Assembly (NCBI GenBank): GCA_963847705.1
Contig: CAWKBC010000027.1
Span: 96,001 to 160,000, forward strand
DNA: 64,000 nt
From: an uncultured Pseudomonadota bacterium
GTDB taxonomy: Bacteria > Myxococcota_A > Polyangia > Fen-1088
Direction: 5' to 3'
The translations under genes were made by a program, and so were the position numbers. The stretch's first letter is position 1. Each line of letters begins with the position of its first letter. Below, in pieces: positions 43,503 through 53,005 of this stretch. The notes below the pieces were generated by a model. It had not been told where the DNA came from. It was given only the letters and a program-made list of their open reading frames with translations, and made no database searches.

Positions 43503-44127
43503 GCGCGCTCTATTGCGACGGTTCGCTGCGCCAGCACGTGCCCCTTTCGCCGGCTCGCCGCCTGGGCGCCCAATCGTTGGTGGTCATCAACCCGCGGGGC
43601 GCGAGCGCGACGCTGGGCACCCCCGAAGAGCCCGCGCGAGAGCGGGCCTTTGCCGGGCCGGTCTTTCTCCTCGGGAAGGTCCTGAACGCCCTCAGCCTCG
43701 ATCGGGTCGACGGCGACATCGGTTGGAGCTCATCAATCGTGTGCTCGCCGCCGGAGAGCGCCAGTTCGGGCCTTCGTTTCTCTCCAAAATCAACGGAGAT
43801 CTCGGGGCCGAAGGCGGCGCCCCGGTGAACCCGATTCCGCTGCTTCACATTCAGTCGTCGGATGACCTCGGCAAGCTCAGCGCCGCCTACGTGCGTTCAC
43901 GTCGGTGTCGTGGCCGCCGACGGGGCCTGGTCGAGCATGTCCTCTCTCGGCTGGCCGAGCGCGAAACCGCCAACGAGGCCGACCTGCTCTCCTACCTGCT
44001 CTTCGACGGTCCGTTCGCCCGCGAGCTCGTCGACCTCGGCCGGCGGGACGCCCGACAGCGGCACGATCAGATCGCGAGCTTCTTTTGCGCGGTCATCGAG
44101 TCGCGAGCGGCGGGAGCGGCAGCGTGA
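43503..44127 (+). pseudogene. 3' remnant of a patatin-like phospholipase, frameshifted near 43720
   Basis: YCDGSLRQHVPLSPARRLGA...LGKVLNAL, then in another frame LELINRVL...DLLSYLLFDGPFARELVDLG; no GxSxG half. Confidence 0.7.
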
Positions 44128-44257
44128 CCGCGGACGGCCGGTAGCCTCGCACGCGGGTCGGGCGGGCCGGGTTCGTCAGCGTTCCCGGGTCGTCGCTGCC
44201 GTACCAGCTCGAGATCTCGCGGATGCGATCGTTCATGCCCATCGACCCTCCTCACGC

Positions 44258-44995
44258 TCAGTCGCCTGGGGTGCCGACCCAGGGTCGTTTGAGCCGGCTC
44301 CGAAACTGGCGGGCCTGTTCGACCAGCTCGGCGAGGTGGCGGGCGCCGCCATGGCTTCTGTCCCGGGCGCGAATCTCCGCGGCATGCAGGCGCGCTTCGA
44401 GGTGTGTCCAGTGACGCTTCACGTCCTGGCTGGCGAGCTCGAGATCGGCACGAATCTCGTGGCGCAGGGTCTTCAGCACCTCCAGGCTGTTCAGCACCAC
44501 ATCGGACAGCTGGGTTTCGATCCCGGCGGGCGCCTCCTCCCAGGTGGTGCTCATCCTGCGGGCGATCTCCCCGAGGGCGAGGGCGACGCGCTCGAGATCG
44601 ATGTCGCCATTGCCGTCCCAGACGGCCCCTTGCCGGGCGATGTCGTCGAGCGAAACGACGCCCATCAGGCGATTGTCGGCGGCGACGACGACCAGCCGGT
44701 GAACGCCGTGAGCCATCATCAGTCCCACCGCCTCCTCGGCAGTCGCCGAGGCCGGACAGGTCCAAACCGGATGCGACATGACCAAGCTGACCGCGATGTC
44801 GTCGAGCCGCCGGCCCTGCGTGTAGGCCGCCATGCTGACGTCGCGATCGGTGATCATGCCGACGACGCGTTCACTCTCGTCGACGACAGGGACACACCCG
44901 CACCGGCGCTCCCACATGATTTGCGCCGCTCGGTTCAGGCTGTCGGCGGCCGGGCAGGTCGTCACCTCCGTGGTCATGAGCTCGGAGACTTTCAC
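44258..44995 (-). CDS. CBS domain protein with helical C-terminal extension
   Basis: VSELMT, CGCVPVVD, VGMITDRD, MGVVSLDD. Confidence 0.88.
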   Translation of the reverse strand: MKVSELMTTEVTTCPAADSLNRAAQIMWERRCGCVPVVDESERVVGMITDRDVSMAAYTQGRRLDDIAVSLVMSHPVWTCPASATAEEAVGLMMAHGVHRLVVVAADNRLMGVVSLDDIARQGAVWDGNGDIDLERVALALGEIARRMSTTWEEAPAGIETQLSDVVLNSLEVLKTLRHEIRADLELASQDVKRHWTHLEARLHAAEIRARDRSHGGARHLAELVEQARQFRSRLKRPWVGTPGD

Positions 44996-46296
44996 GACAG
45001 CGCCTTTGTCACCGGAATTACCAGGACCGGCTTCGAAGAGCCCCAGACGACGTTCTCCGTGGTCATGCCGTGGTTTTCCGGGTGGGCGGCGGTGCCACCG
45101 TGTGACGCCATTACGACCAGATCGGGCGCGAACCGGCGGATCGCTTTGATGATGGCCTCTCCCGGCACGAAGTCGGCGGTGACGAACGTTCGGGTGCGAA
45201 TCTTGGCGCCCTCGACCTCCGGGGGAACCAGAGCCAGGAGGCAAGTCTCGATCTCCTCCTGGCGCGTCGGCTCGAGACCGAGGCGGTCGGGCTTGGCCAC
45301 GTGGGCGAGGACGACGTCGCCGCCGCCCGGCTGGAGCATCCGGTAGGCCTGCGCGATCGCCACATTGCCCGAAGGAGAAAAGTCGGTCAGCGCCAGCACC
45401 GTTCGGACTGGCGCGAGCGGCTCCGGCGTGGCCACTGAGTCTTGCTTGGGAACACACACGATTGGTACGTGCGAGCCCCTGACCGTCGCAAGAGCGGTCG
45501 ACCGACGGGTCTGACTCGTTCCGATGATGAGGAGGTCGGCGTTGTCTGTCTCGGCCTCCCAGGCCAGCGGATCCTCCTCGCCACCCCAGTCCGGACGGAC
45601 GTGCAGGGCGAAGTCGCTGCCCACCTGGGCGTGAACGTGGATCCGCAGATCGCGGGCCAACGTCTCTACGACCTCGCGATTCACCTCGAAAGGCATCGGC
45701 GGATCGAACCCCAGGCGCTCGTGCTCGCGTGCCGGCGAGTAGAGGTGGACGAGGCGAACGTTGCAAGACGCGCGTTCGAGCAGCCCGCGCAGCCAGGCGA
45801 GCGCCGCGTCGCTGGCCGGCGAAAAGTCGATTCCCACCACGACCTCGAGAGGGGCGTTCGTCCGCGGGCTGGCCGGCCCGTCCTGCATGCCCGCCGGGAT
45901 CACGACGATCGGGCAGGGGGCCGTCCGGATGGCGTGCTCGGCGACGCTGCCCAGAAAGAGGCGCGCCGCCCCTTTTCGCGAGTGGGTTCCGAGCACGAGC
46001 AGGTCGGCGCCAATCGCGCTGGCGTGGCGAACAATGTCATCCCGCACGCCGAACTGCACACATGTTCGGACGTCGATTCCCGTCGCTCGCAAGGGCTCGG
46101 CTTGGGCGGAGATCGTCGCTTCAGCCGATGAACGCATGTCCTCGATCATCTCGTCCAGCACATCGGGCGAAAACGGCAAGTCGAAGACGTGAAACAGCTC
46201 GAGCGGAAGCCGCAGCAACCGGCTGAAGTCCGCAGCCTTCGAGACGACAGCTGTAGACCCAGAGGAGAGGTCGGTTGCGCACATGATGATGCTCAT
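44992..46296 (-). CDS. Multi-domain universal stress protein
   Basis: Three USP-like starts: CATDLS, VGIDFS, ALTDFS; GSVAEHAIR. Confidence 0.92.
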   Translation of the reverse strand: MSIIMCATDLSSGSTAVVSKAADFSRLLRLPLELFHVFDLPFSPDVLDEMIEDMRSSAEATISAQAEPLRATGIDVRTCVQFGVRDDIVRHASAIGADLLVLGTHSRKGAARLFLGSVAEHAIRTAPCPIVVIPAGMQDGPASPRTNAPLEVVVGIDFSPASDAALAWLRGLLERASCNVRLVHLYSPAREHERLGFDPPMPFEVNREVVETLARDLRIHVHAQVGSDFALHVRPDWGGEEDPLAWEAETDNADLLIIGTSQTRRSTALATVRGSHVPIVCVPKQDSVATPEPLAPVRTVLALTDFSPSGNVAIAQAYRMLQPGGGDVVLAHVAKPDRLGLEPTRQEEIETCLLALVPPEVEGAKIRTRTFVTADFVPGEAIIKAIRRFAPDLVVMASHGGTAAHPENHGMTTENVVWGSSKPVLVIPVTKALS

Positions 46297-46308
46297 GCCG
46301 CGTGTAGG

Positions 46309-46467
46309 AGCAGCAATCGTGCCGCCCCGAGGGCCCCCGAAGCCTGCACAAAAGCGAGCAGCAGGCGCGAAAACTGCGGCACCGGACTCGGGGCATGCAG
46401 GATCTGCGCAGGTCGGCCAATCACGGACGACCTTTTCAGACCGTGGGTGATTGGCACGGCACCTGCG
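46309..46467. promoter_or_regulatory. Divergent sigma54 promoters with tandem enhancer pair
   Basis: (-) CGGCACGATTGCTGCT 46309-46324; CGCG-AAAAC-TGCG 46366-46378 and TGCA-GGATC-TGCG 46396-46408; (+) TGGCACGGCACCTGCG 46452-46467. Confidence 0.75.
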
Positions 46468-46481
46468 AGGGGGAGGGTGCC

Positions 46482-46853
46482 GTGATTAGCTGGATTCTTC
46501 TTTGCCTTGCGGGCGCAGCGACCTCGACCACTCAACCCGAGGCGGTGCGCCGCGACGTCGTGGTCGATCTGTCAGATGACTGGGTGCCCCGCATGCTGAC
46601 GGATGACCCGACCCGCGGGGAGCTCGGGCGCAATCCCTATCGGGCCGAGTTCGTGCGTCTGGCAAACCGGCCCGCGGATTCCGACGAGCGCTTCCTCGAG
46701 TTCTACGGAATTCCACCCGGCCTGACGGTGGTCGGGGCTCGTCTGACTGACGACGCTTGTCACCTCTGTCACGCGGCGGTTCCACCAATGCCCGCGCGAT
46801 CGACGCCCGGGAAGATGCGGGACGTCCTGCTGGATGTCGCTGTTCAACGGTGA
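46482..46853 (+). pseudogene. Exported protein, probably the truncated 5' part of a larger gene
   Basis: GGAGG RBS, signal-like start, VDLSDDWVP...FLEFYGIPP; ends abruptly before the next gene's promoter. Confidence 0.4.
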
Positions 46854-46903
46854 TCCGGTGTTGGTATAAGTCAGGCTCCACCGTTGGGAAGTGCGGGATC
46901 GCG

Positions 46904-47266
46904 ATGGCAAGGTTTTGCCGCGTACTGATCGTTGATGACAACGTCGGCCTTGCCGAGAACATCGCCGAGATCCTGGAGATCGATCGCCACTCGGCAGTCG
47001 TAGTGGCAAGCGCCGAGGAGGCCCTCGCGAAAGCTCCCGAGAGCGCTCCCGAGGTCGTGGTGACCGACTACCGGCTGCCCGGAATCAACGGTGCCGTTCT
47101 ACTCAATCGGTTCCGACAGATGGGAGTCCGGGTTCGTGCGGTGGTCATCAGCGCGTACACCGACGAGCGGACGATCCGTGAAGCGAAGGATGCCGGCGCG
47201 GACTTCATCGCGAAGCCCATCGACTTCAGGCGGCTCTCTCAGTTGGTTCGAGAAAGCTCCGTGTAG
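46904..47266 (+). CDS. Single-domain response regulator
   Basis: VLIVDD, VVTDYRLPG, ISAY, FIAKP; TGGTATAAG extended -10-like element at 46862-46870. Confidence 0.92.
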   Translation: MARFCRVLIVDDNVGLAENIAEILEIDRHSAVVVASAEEALAKAPESAPEVVVTDYRLPGINGAVLLNRFRQMGVRVRAVVISAYTDERTIREAKDAGADFIAKPIDFRRLSQLVRESSV

Positions 47267-47429
47267 CCGCTGACGAGCAGGGACCGAAGACGTAACTCTT
47301 TCGCCGTTCCCGTTCGTCGGGCGCACATCTGCGCGATTGTCGGCGCGCACGACCGGCAAGTCGGTACGACCTTCGTCGGGTCGATGATTCCGGCCTCGAC
47401 CAGGTCGACGTAGCGGCACTTGCGGACGC

Positions 47430-47837
47430 TCAGCCGCGATCGGGCATCGGCGTGTACATCTCGGCGACGATACGGCCAAGGAGATCGCCCCGCGTGACCA
47501 TGCCGACCAGCTTCCGGTCGATGACGACAGGGAGGCAGCCGATCCGGAACGAGAGCATCCGGGCGGCGACCTCCCCGAGGTCGTCATCGGGGGAAGCGAC
47601 CTTCGCCGGCGTAACCATCGCGGCACGCACCACATCGGTCGGTGAATCAAGCCGGTGGCCCTCTCCGAGCCAGGCGAGAATGTCCCGCTCAGAGATTACG
47701 CCCACCACCTCGCGGTCTCGGACCACGGGCAGATGGCGGCAGCGCGCCCAGGTCATCTTGTGGGCGGCGGCCGCCAAGCTGTCGTCCTCTCCGGCCTGCA
47801 ACAAATTGTCGGTCGTCATTACCTCGCGAACCTTCAT
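47430..47837 (-). CDS. CBS domain pair protein
   Basis: VREVMT, RHLPVV, IGCLPVV...LVGMVTRGDL; GGAGG RBS. Confidence 0.92.
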   Translation of the reverse strand: MKVREVMTTDNLLQAGEDDSLAAAAHKMTWARCRHLPVVRDREVVGVISERDILAWLGEGHRLDSPTDVVRAAMVTPAKVASPDDDLGEVAARMLSFRIGCLPVVIDRKLVGMVTRGDLLGRIVAEMYTPMPDRG

Positions 47838-47865
47838 GGTCGTATCCTCCCTTTCGAACCTGCTG

Positions 47866-48387
47866 TTAGAACCAGAACCCCATGACCATCCCAGGCATGG
47901 CCCAACTGAAGACCTTGTTTCAGGCGAAGCCGCCCGCATCGAAATTGTCTGAAGCGGCGAACGACAGGCCAGCGTCGAGAGATATCCCCGTTCCACCCGA
48001 GAGCCAGCGCACTCCCGCCCGGGGACCGATCGCCGGAAAGTACTGATGAAGGGAAGGATGGGCGAAGTACTCGGCCATGAGCGCGAAGTGCGGGCTCATG
48101 TCTCGCCACCTGCCGGGTGTCGCGGAGATCCCGATACCGCCGGCATAGGCCGGGCCGCACGAGGTGTCACAGACGACGACGGGGAGAAGCTGGGCTTCGG
48201 CATTGAGCCCGAACGCGCCTCGTTCGAACGCAACCCTGAAGCCCAGACCGCCGACGACGTGGTCGGCGGTCATGGCGGGAACCTGCAGCTGCTCGTGGAC
48301 CGTCCAGGGTATCGCACTTCCGCCCGTGATGGTCGCGGCCTGCGCGACCACGGAGGCGAGCACCAGCAGGAGAGGCAAAGCAATCAT
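47866..48387 (-). pseudogene. Small outer-membrane beta-barrel-like protein with a premature in-frame TGA at 47920-47922
   Basis: Signal peptide (AQA), Gly/aromatic beta strands; reading through the TGA adds NKVFSWAMPGMVMGFWF* ending in Phe. Confidence 0.55.
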
Positions 48388-49091
48388 GGAGCGTGATCCT
48401 CCGAGACCACGTCGAGACGGTCGTCGATCGTCTGGACACCGCGGGTTCCCCGGATGGCTCCCAGGACGGCCAATCGCTCCTCCCGTGATTGCACGACACC
48501 TTCCACGACCACGCGTCCTCCCTCGACCCGGACGACGATGTGCGATGCCTCGCGAACGGCACGCCGGTTCAGCGCCTGTCGAATGGAGGCCGCGACGGCG
48601 TCGGGTTCGGCCATCCGGCTGACCTCGAGGTGATTCTCCAGCCGCTTGATCCCCTTGAGCCGACCGACGATCCGCTCAGCCTCCTCACGTTGGATCGGCG
48701 TGGTGACGATTCCGTGCAAAACGACGACTCCCCCCGCCACCGTCGACTGGATATCCCCGTCCGGAACCAGCGCGTCCCACTCGAGCGCGTGACGAACCGC
48801 CTTCGCGATGTCGGTGTCGGTCAGGTGGCTAGACAGGGTGTTCCGCGCCTGGAGCTCGTTTGCGACGTCCTTGACGCCGGCCACACGATGGGCCGCTTCG
48901 ACCGCGGCGAGGCAGGTCGCCCAGTCTTCGACGGTTCCACCGAGCGTCACGACGCCGTGATCGACCTGAACGCCGATCTGCTTGTTGCCGACCCGGCTGT
49001 CCCAGCTCAGCTCACTCATGACGTCGTTGCGAATATCGGAGTCGGTCTTGCCCGGCGGGGCGTGGAGAGTGTTGTTGGTCATGGGACTCAC
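48384..49091 (-). CDS. Triple BON domain protein (OsmY-like)
   Basis: VDHGVVTLGGTV, VAGGVVVLHG, VEGGRVVVEG repeats; sigma54 motif CGGCACAACCGTTGCT at 49095-49110. Confidence 0.92.
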   Translation of the reverse strand: MSPMTNNTLHAPPGKTDSDIRNDVMSELSWDSRVGNKQIGVQVDHGVVTLGGTVEDWATCLAAVEAAHRVAGVKDVANELQARNTLSSHLTDTDIAKAVRHALEWDALVPDGDIQSTVAGGVVVLHGIVTTPIQREEAERIVGRLKGIKRLENHLEVSRMAEPDAVAASIRQALNRRAVREASHIVVRVEGGRVVVEGVVQSREERLAVLGAIRGTRGVQTIDDRLDVVSEDHAP

Positions 49092-49115
49092 AAGAGCAAC
49101 GGTTGTGCCGGAGAC

Positions 49116-49622
49116 TCAGCCCCGGGGCCGATAGTCGGCGTGGCAACGGACGCAGGTCTCGGAGAGCCTGCCGTACGCCTCCGCGACCTGATACGGAATG
49201 GCTGCTCGGCCAGCGGTGGCGAGCGCGTGTGCCGCCGCCTTCAGATCGTCTTGACGCACGAAGAACCTCTCAGGGATCGAAGCGGTGAGCTCGGTCGCGT
49301 CGTTCGAGGTCGGGCGGCTCAGATTGACGTCGGATGCGATCTTGTCCGCGCGCGTGATGATGTCCGAGTACTCGAGCAGCATGATGGCGGCTACCAGCTG
49401 GCTCATGTCCTCTGCATGGGACGACATCCGGTCCCTCAGGAGGGCTCTTGCCGTGGGGGACAACGGTTCCGGTGGGCCCTCCCGGTCCGGTGCTGTGATG
49501 GCCTGGGTGAGCTGCGCCATCTGCGGTGGTTGGTTTGCGTCCGGGCTCGCGCATGAAGTGGAGAGGACCGTCGCGCCGGCGATCGCCAGCAGAAAGATTC
49601 CGAATCGATCGTTGTTCGTCAT
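49116..49622 (-). CDS. Class II (c'-like) cytochrome c, probable lipoprotein
   Basis: Lipobox-like LSTSC, C-terminal CVRCH; paralog of 19545-20009 (shared PERFFVxQD). Confidence 0.8.
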   Translation of the reverse strand: MTNNDRFGIFLLAIAGATVLSTSCASPDANQPPQMAQLTQAITAPDREGPPEPLSPTARALLRDRMSSHAEDMSQLVAAIMLLEYSDIITRADKIASDVNLSRPTSNDATELTASIPERFFVRQDDLKAAAHALATAGRAAIPYQVAEAYGRLSETCVRCHADYRPRG

Positions 49623-49635
49623 GCCTTGGGGCTTG

Positions 49636-49809
49636 AGCAATATGAGGGCCACGCATGCCCGCGGCGTGTCGCGGGGCCCGGGCGCGAATATTGTGCGTTC
49701 TGTGACGGCTTCGGCGCAGGACATGCGCGTGGGATCGATCGGGAGGGGGATCAGATCGCTGCCGCCGCCGAGCAGGTCACCGGGCGGCTGCCATGGCACT
49801 CGATGTGCA
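49636..49809. promoter_or_regulatory. Divergent sigma54 promoters with tandem enhancer pair
   Basis: (-) TGGCCCTCATATTGCT 49636-49651; CGAA-TATTG-TGCG 49685-49697 and CGCA-GGACA-TGCG 49715-49727; (+) TGGCACTCGATGTGCA 49794-49809. Confidence 0.78.
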
Positions 49810-49844
49810 ATGTCAATTGGCAGCTTTCAACCGGAGAAAAAATC

Positions 49845-50099
49845 ATGCAGACCACGAATCAGAAGTTGAGCTTGGGCGCCGCGGTGGAGATGTTGTGCCA
49901 GCACGCCGGCGCGGTCGCGGCAGACGGCGCCTCTGCCACGGATCTCGTCGCGCGCCGTCTAGAGCGCGTTCTCGTGCGCGGCGGCAACCAGCGCCTGGCA
50001 GCTGCCCTTGCGGCTCTTGCGCAGGAGCTCACATCGGTCTCTTCGGGGACGAAGCGACAGCCAAAGGCCGAGCAGCTTCTGTTCGCTCGCGCTGCTTAA
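49845..50099 (+). CDS. Small hypothetical protein (84 aa)
   Basis: GGAGA RBS, directly behind a sigma54 motif, first gene of the operon. Confidence 0.6.
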   Translation: MQTTNQKLSLGAAVEMLCQHAGAVAADGASATDLVARRLERVLVRGGNQRLAAALAALAQELTSVSSGTKRQPKAEQLLFARAA

Positions 50100-50126
50100 C
50101 GAGAAACGCTGGACGAGGTCACTGCC

Positions 50127-51497
50127 ATGACGATCATTTGTGCCACCGACTTTTCGCCTTCTTCGGAGACGGCAACACGGCTGGGCATTGCGATGGCTCG
50201 GCGGAGAGGCGACACGCTCCTGCTCCTGCACGTGCTCGAGCCGCTCCCGGTGGATCCCGTCGGTGCGGGGATCCGCTTGGTGGACTGGGACGACGAGATG
50301 TTCACCACCGCCCAGGCCCAGCTCGAGAATCAGGCCAATGAGCTCCGCAAGAGCGGTCTCACGGTCGAAAGCCGCGTGGAGCAAGGGTATGCGGCGGCGG
50401 TCGTTCTCGATGCGGCACGCGCGACGAAGGCTTCTTTGATCGTCGTCGGATCGCATGGGCGAAAGGCCGTGGCTCGCCTGATTCTGGGAAGCTGTGCGGA
50501 GAGGATCGTGAGCTCGGCCCCCTGTCCGGTCTTGGTGGCAAGAGACAACTGCGCCGACGTGTCGCGGTGGGAGTCGACCGTGCCTCTTCGGCTGGCCGTG
50601 GTGACCGACGGATCGAGCGCGAGCAGCGCGGTGTTCTTCTGGGTTCGGACCGCGGCCCCGACCTCCCCGAGCGACGTCACACTGATCCGCTCTTACTGGC
50701 CGCCCCAGGAGGGTGCGCGCTACGGGATCGACGATCCCTGGCAGGGAAACGAAGGTCATCCCGAGTTGCTCAAACTGATCGAGCGAGATGTACGGCGCGA
50801 ATCAGCGGCGCTCGCTGGGCCACAGCTTCCGCCACTCCGGCTTCGTGTCGCGGTCCGCGACGCGGGTGAAGAGCTGGTCGCCGACGCAGCGGAGATGGGC
50901 GTCGACGCGCTGGTGATTGGAATCCCGAAGCATCGCCTCGGTCACTGGACACCGATCGCGCCGAAATCCGTCCTGAGGGCGGCGACGCGGCCGGTGTTCT
51001 GCGTTCCCGAAGGGATTGCGCCCTCCGTCCACCACATCCCGCGGTTCCGCTCGGTCCTGATCGCTTCGGATCTGTCCGACCTCGCCCACCAGGCGATCTT
51101 GCCGGCTTACGGCCTGCTGGCGGGCGGCGGCCAGGCGCATCTCTGTTTCGTCCAGGAGCAGGAGCAACCGGTGGCCGGAGGGGCGGTCTCTATGAAGCGG
51201 TCGCTGACGGCCGAGGAGCGGGGGACAATCGAAGCCAAGCTTCGGTCGCAGGTCCCAACCGAGGCCGCCGACCACGGAATCGGGACGTACGTCACCGTGT
51301 TGGAAGGGCAGTCGGTCGCGGGCGAGATCCTGCAAGCGGCCGAAAGGTTGGACGTCGACGCCATCGCCTTGGCTTCGCACGGTCGAACGGGCATTGGACG
51401 GGTTTTGCTCGGCTCGGTCGCCGAGGAGGTGGCTCGCAAGTCTTCGCGGCCTTTGCTCATCATCCACGCGAAGACGGGCGATGCACGTGCTGAGTGA
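50127..51497 (+). CDS. Multi-domain universal stress protein
   Basis: ICATDFS, VVTDGS, IASDLS; ASHGRTG...LGSVAEEV. Confidence 0.93.
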   Translation: MTIICATDFSPSSETATRLGIAMARRRGDTLLLLHVLEPLPVDPVGAGIRLVDWDDEMFTTAQAQLENQANELRKSGLTVESRVEQGYAAAVVLDAARATKASLIVVGSHGRKAVARLILGSCAERIVSSAPCPVLVARDNCADVSRWESTVPLRLAVVTDGSSASSAVFFWVRTAAPTSPSDVTLIRSYWPPQEGARYGIDDPWQGNEGHPELLKLIERDVRRESAALAGPQLPPLRLRVAVRDAGEELVADAAEMGVDALVIGIPKHRLGHWTPIAPKSVLRAATRPVFCVPEGIAPSVHHIPRFRSVLIASDLSDLAHQAILPAYGLLAGGGQAHLCFVQEQEQPVAGGAVSMKRSLTAEERGTIEAKLRSQVPTEAADHGIGTYVTVLEGQSVAGEILQAAERLDVDAIALASHGRTGIGRVLLGSVAEEVARKSSRPLLIIHAKTGDARAE

Positions 51498-51518
51498 GGC
51501 GGGGTCGCCGAGGCGGTC

Positions 51519-51950
51519 ATGAAAGCGGTCGTCGAATCCGCAGGGAGGGTCGCCAGTCGGGTTCGGCTCGGCCGTCATGACCTTCTGTTCGACCAACCGG
51601 CACCCGTGCCCGGTGGAGAAGACCGAGGTCCGTCGCCTCTCGATGTTCTCGCCGCCTCGGTGGCGGCCTGCGCGCACTACTATGCAGCCGCATATCTGCA
51701 AACGCGGGGGTTGCCCACCGAGAGGCTGGTCGTCGAGGTGGAGTCTGAAAAGGACCGCGCGCCCGCGCCCCGTATTGGTCGCCTTTCGATGAAGGTTCGC
51801 CTCCCGCAGGGCCTCTCCGAGCGCCAGCTCGCCGGTGTCGAGCGAGCCATAAAGAGCTGTCCCGCGTACGGGACGCTGCTCCACCCCCCGACGGTGGAGC
51901 TGACGATCGAGACGGGTGGTGGCGTCGCTGGAGCGGAGCTGTCACCCTGA
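51519..51950 (+). CDS. OsmC family protein
   Basis: DQPAPVPGGEDRGPSPLD...AAC...SCP (two Cys). Confidence 0.9.
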   Translation: MKAVVESAGRVASRVRLGRHDLLFDQPAPVPGGEDRGPSPLDVLAASVAACAHYYAAAYLQTRGLPTERLVVEVESEKDRAPAPRIGRLSMKVRLPQGLSERQLAGVERAIKSCPAYGTLLHPPTVELTIETGGGVAGAELSP

Positions 51951-51992
51951 AGCCATGACGACGACCGCCGGCGGATACGCCTCGAGGAGGCT

Positions 51993-52868
51993 GTGAAAGG
52001 GACGACCGGACGTTTCCGAGTCCCCGAAGGGGCTTCCGTCAGGCTTCACCGGTGGGCGACGTCGGTCAAGCCGCTCTACCGGTCCAAGGACGAATACCAC
52101 GATCTCCTGTCGGGCCAGGTCGAGGAGCTGAGCAAGCTTCAGCGACTGCTCTATGCTTCCAATCAGTACGCGCTCCTGCTGATCTTTCAGGCCATGGACG
52201 CCGCCGGCAAGGACGGCGCCATCGCGCACGTCATGTCGGGTGTCAACCCGCAGGGCTGTCAGGTGTTCAGCTTCAAGCACCCGAGCGCCGAGGAGACCGA
52301 GCACGATTTCCTCTGGCGAACCACGCGAGCCCTCCCGGAGCGCGGACGGATCGGGATCTTCAACCGGTCCTATTACGAGGAGGTCTTGATCGCGCGTGTG
52401 CACCCCGAGATCCTTCGGGCCGAAGGCCTGCCCCCGCACGAATTGGAGGAGGGCCACATCTGGCGGGGCCGGTATGAGTCCATCTTGGGGCTCGAACGGC
52501 ACCTCCATCGCAGCGGGACCCGGATCGTCAAATTCTTCCTGCACCTCTCGAAGGAGGAACAGCGGAAGCGGTTCTTGAAGCGCATCGACGATCCGGAGAG
52601 GCGGTGGAAGTTTAGCCAAGCTGACATCGAGGAACGAAAGTACTGGCGGCGGTACATGAAAGCGTACGAGGCGTGCCTCGGTGCCACCAGCACCGCCGGC
52701 TCGCCTTGGTACGTGGTCCCCGCAGACGACAAGAAAAACGCCCGCCTCATCGTCTCTCGGATCACTGTCGAGACGCTGGCCGCACTGAAGATGCAGTATC
52801 CGACGCTGTCAGGAGCCCGGCTGCGCGAGCTCCGGTCGATCCGGCGGCAGTTGACGAAGTCGTCCTAG
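51993..52868 (+). CDS. ppk2: Polyphosphate kinase 2 family (polyP:nucleotide phosphotransferase)
   Basis: [36 protein letters not shown]. Confidence 0.94.
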   Translation: MKGTTGRFRVPEGASVRLHRWATSVKPLYRSKDEYHDLLSGQVEELSKLQRLLYASNQYALLLIFQAMDAAGKDGAIAHVMSGVNPQGCQVFSFKHPSAEETEHDFLWRTTRALPERGRIGIFNRSYYEEVLIARVHPEILRAEGLPPHELEEGHIWRGRYESILGLERHLHRSGTRIVKFFLHLSKEEQRKRFLKRIDDPERRWKFSQADIEERKYWRRYMKAYEACLGATSTAGSPWYVVPADDKKNARLIVSRITVETLAALKMQYPTLSGARLRELRSIRRQLTKSS

Positions 52869-52887
52869 CCGGTCCTCCCGGGCGCCG

Positions 52888-52988
52888 CGCAAATCCGTCG
52901 CCCCAAGCGCTGCAGCGTCGCTCCCTACGCAGAAAATGCGCGGTTTGCCGGAACCGCGGGTGGATTCCCGGCTGGAACGCCGGTTGCA
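52888..52988 (+). promoter_or_regulatory. Enhancer sites (40 bp apart) and sigma54 promoter
   Basis: CGCA-AATCC-GTCG 52888-52900, CGCA-GAAAA-TGCG 52928-52940; TGGAACGCCGGTTGCA 52973-52988. Confidence 0.72.
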
Positions 52989-53005
52989 TTTCCATCGAGG
53001 CAGCC

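Noticed and set aside
47291-47333. Possible enhancer pair between convergent genes
   Set aside because: Both sites are degenerate and no phased promoter was found.
47920-47922. Selenocysteine recoding of the in-frame TGA
   Set aside because: No redox-motif context and no convincing SECIS hairpin; a nonsense mutation is simpler.
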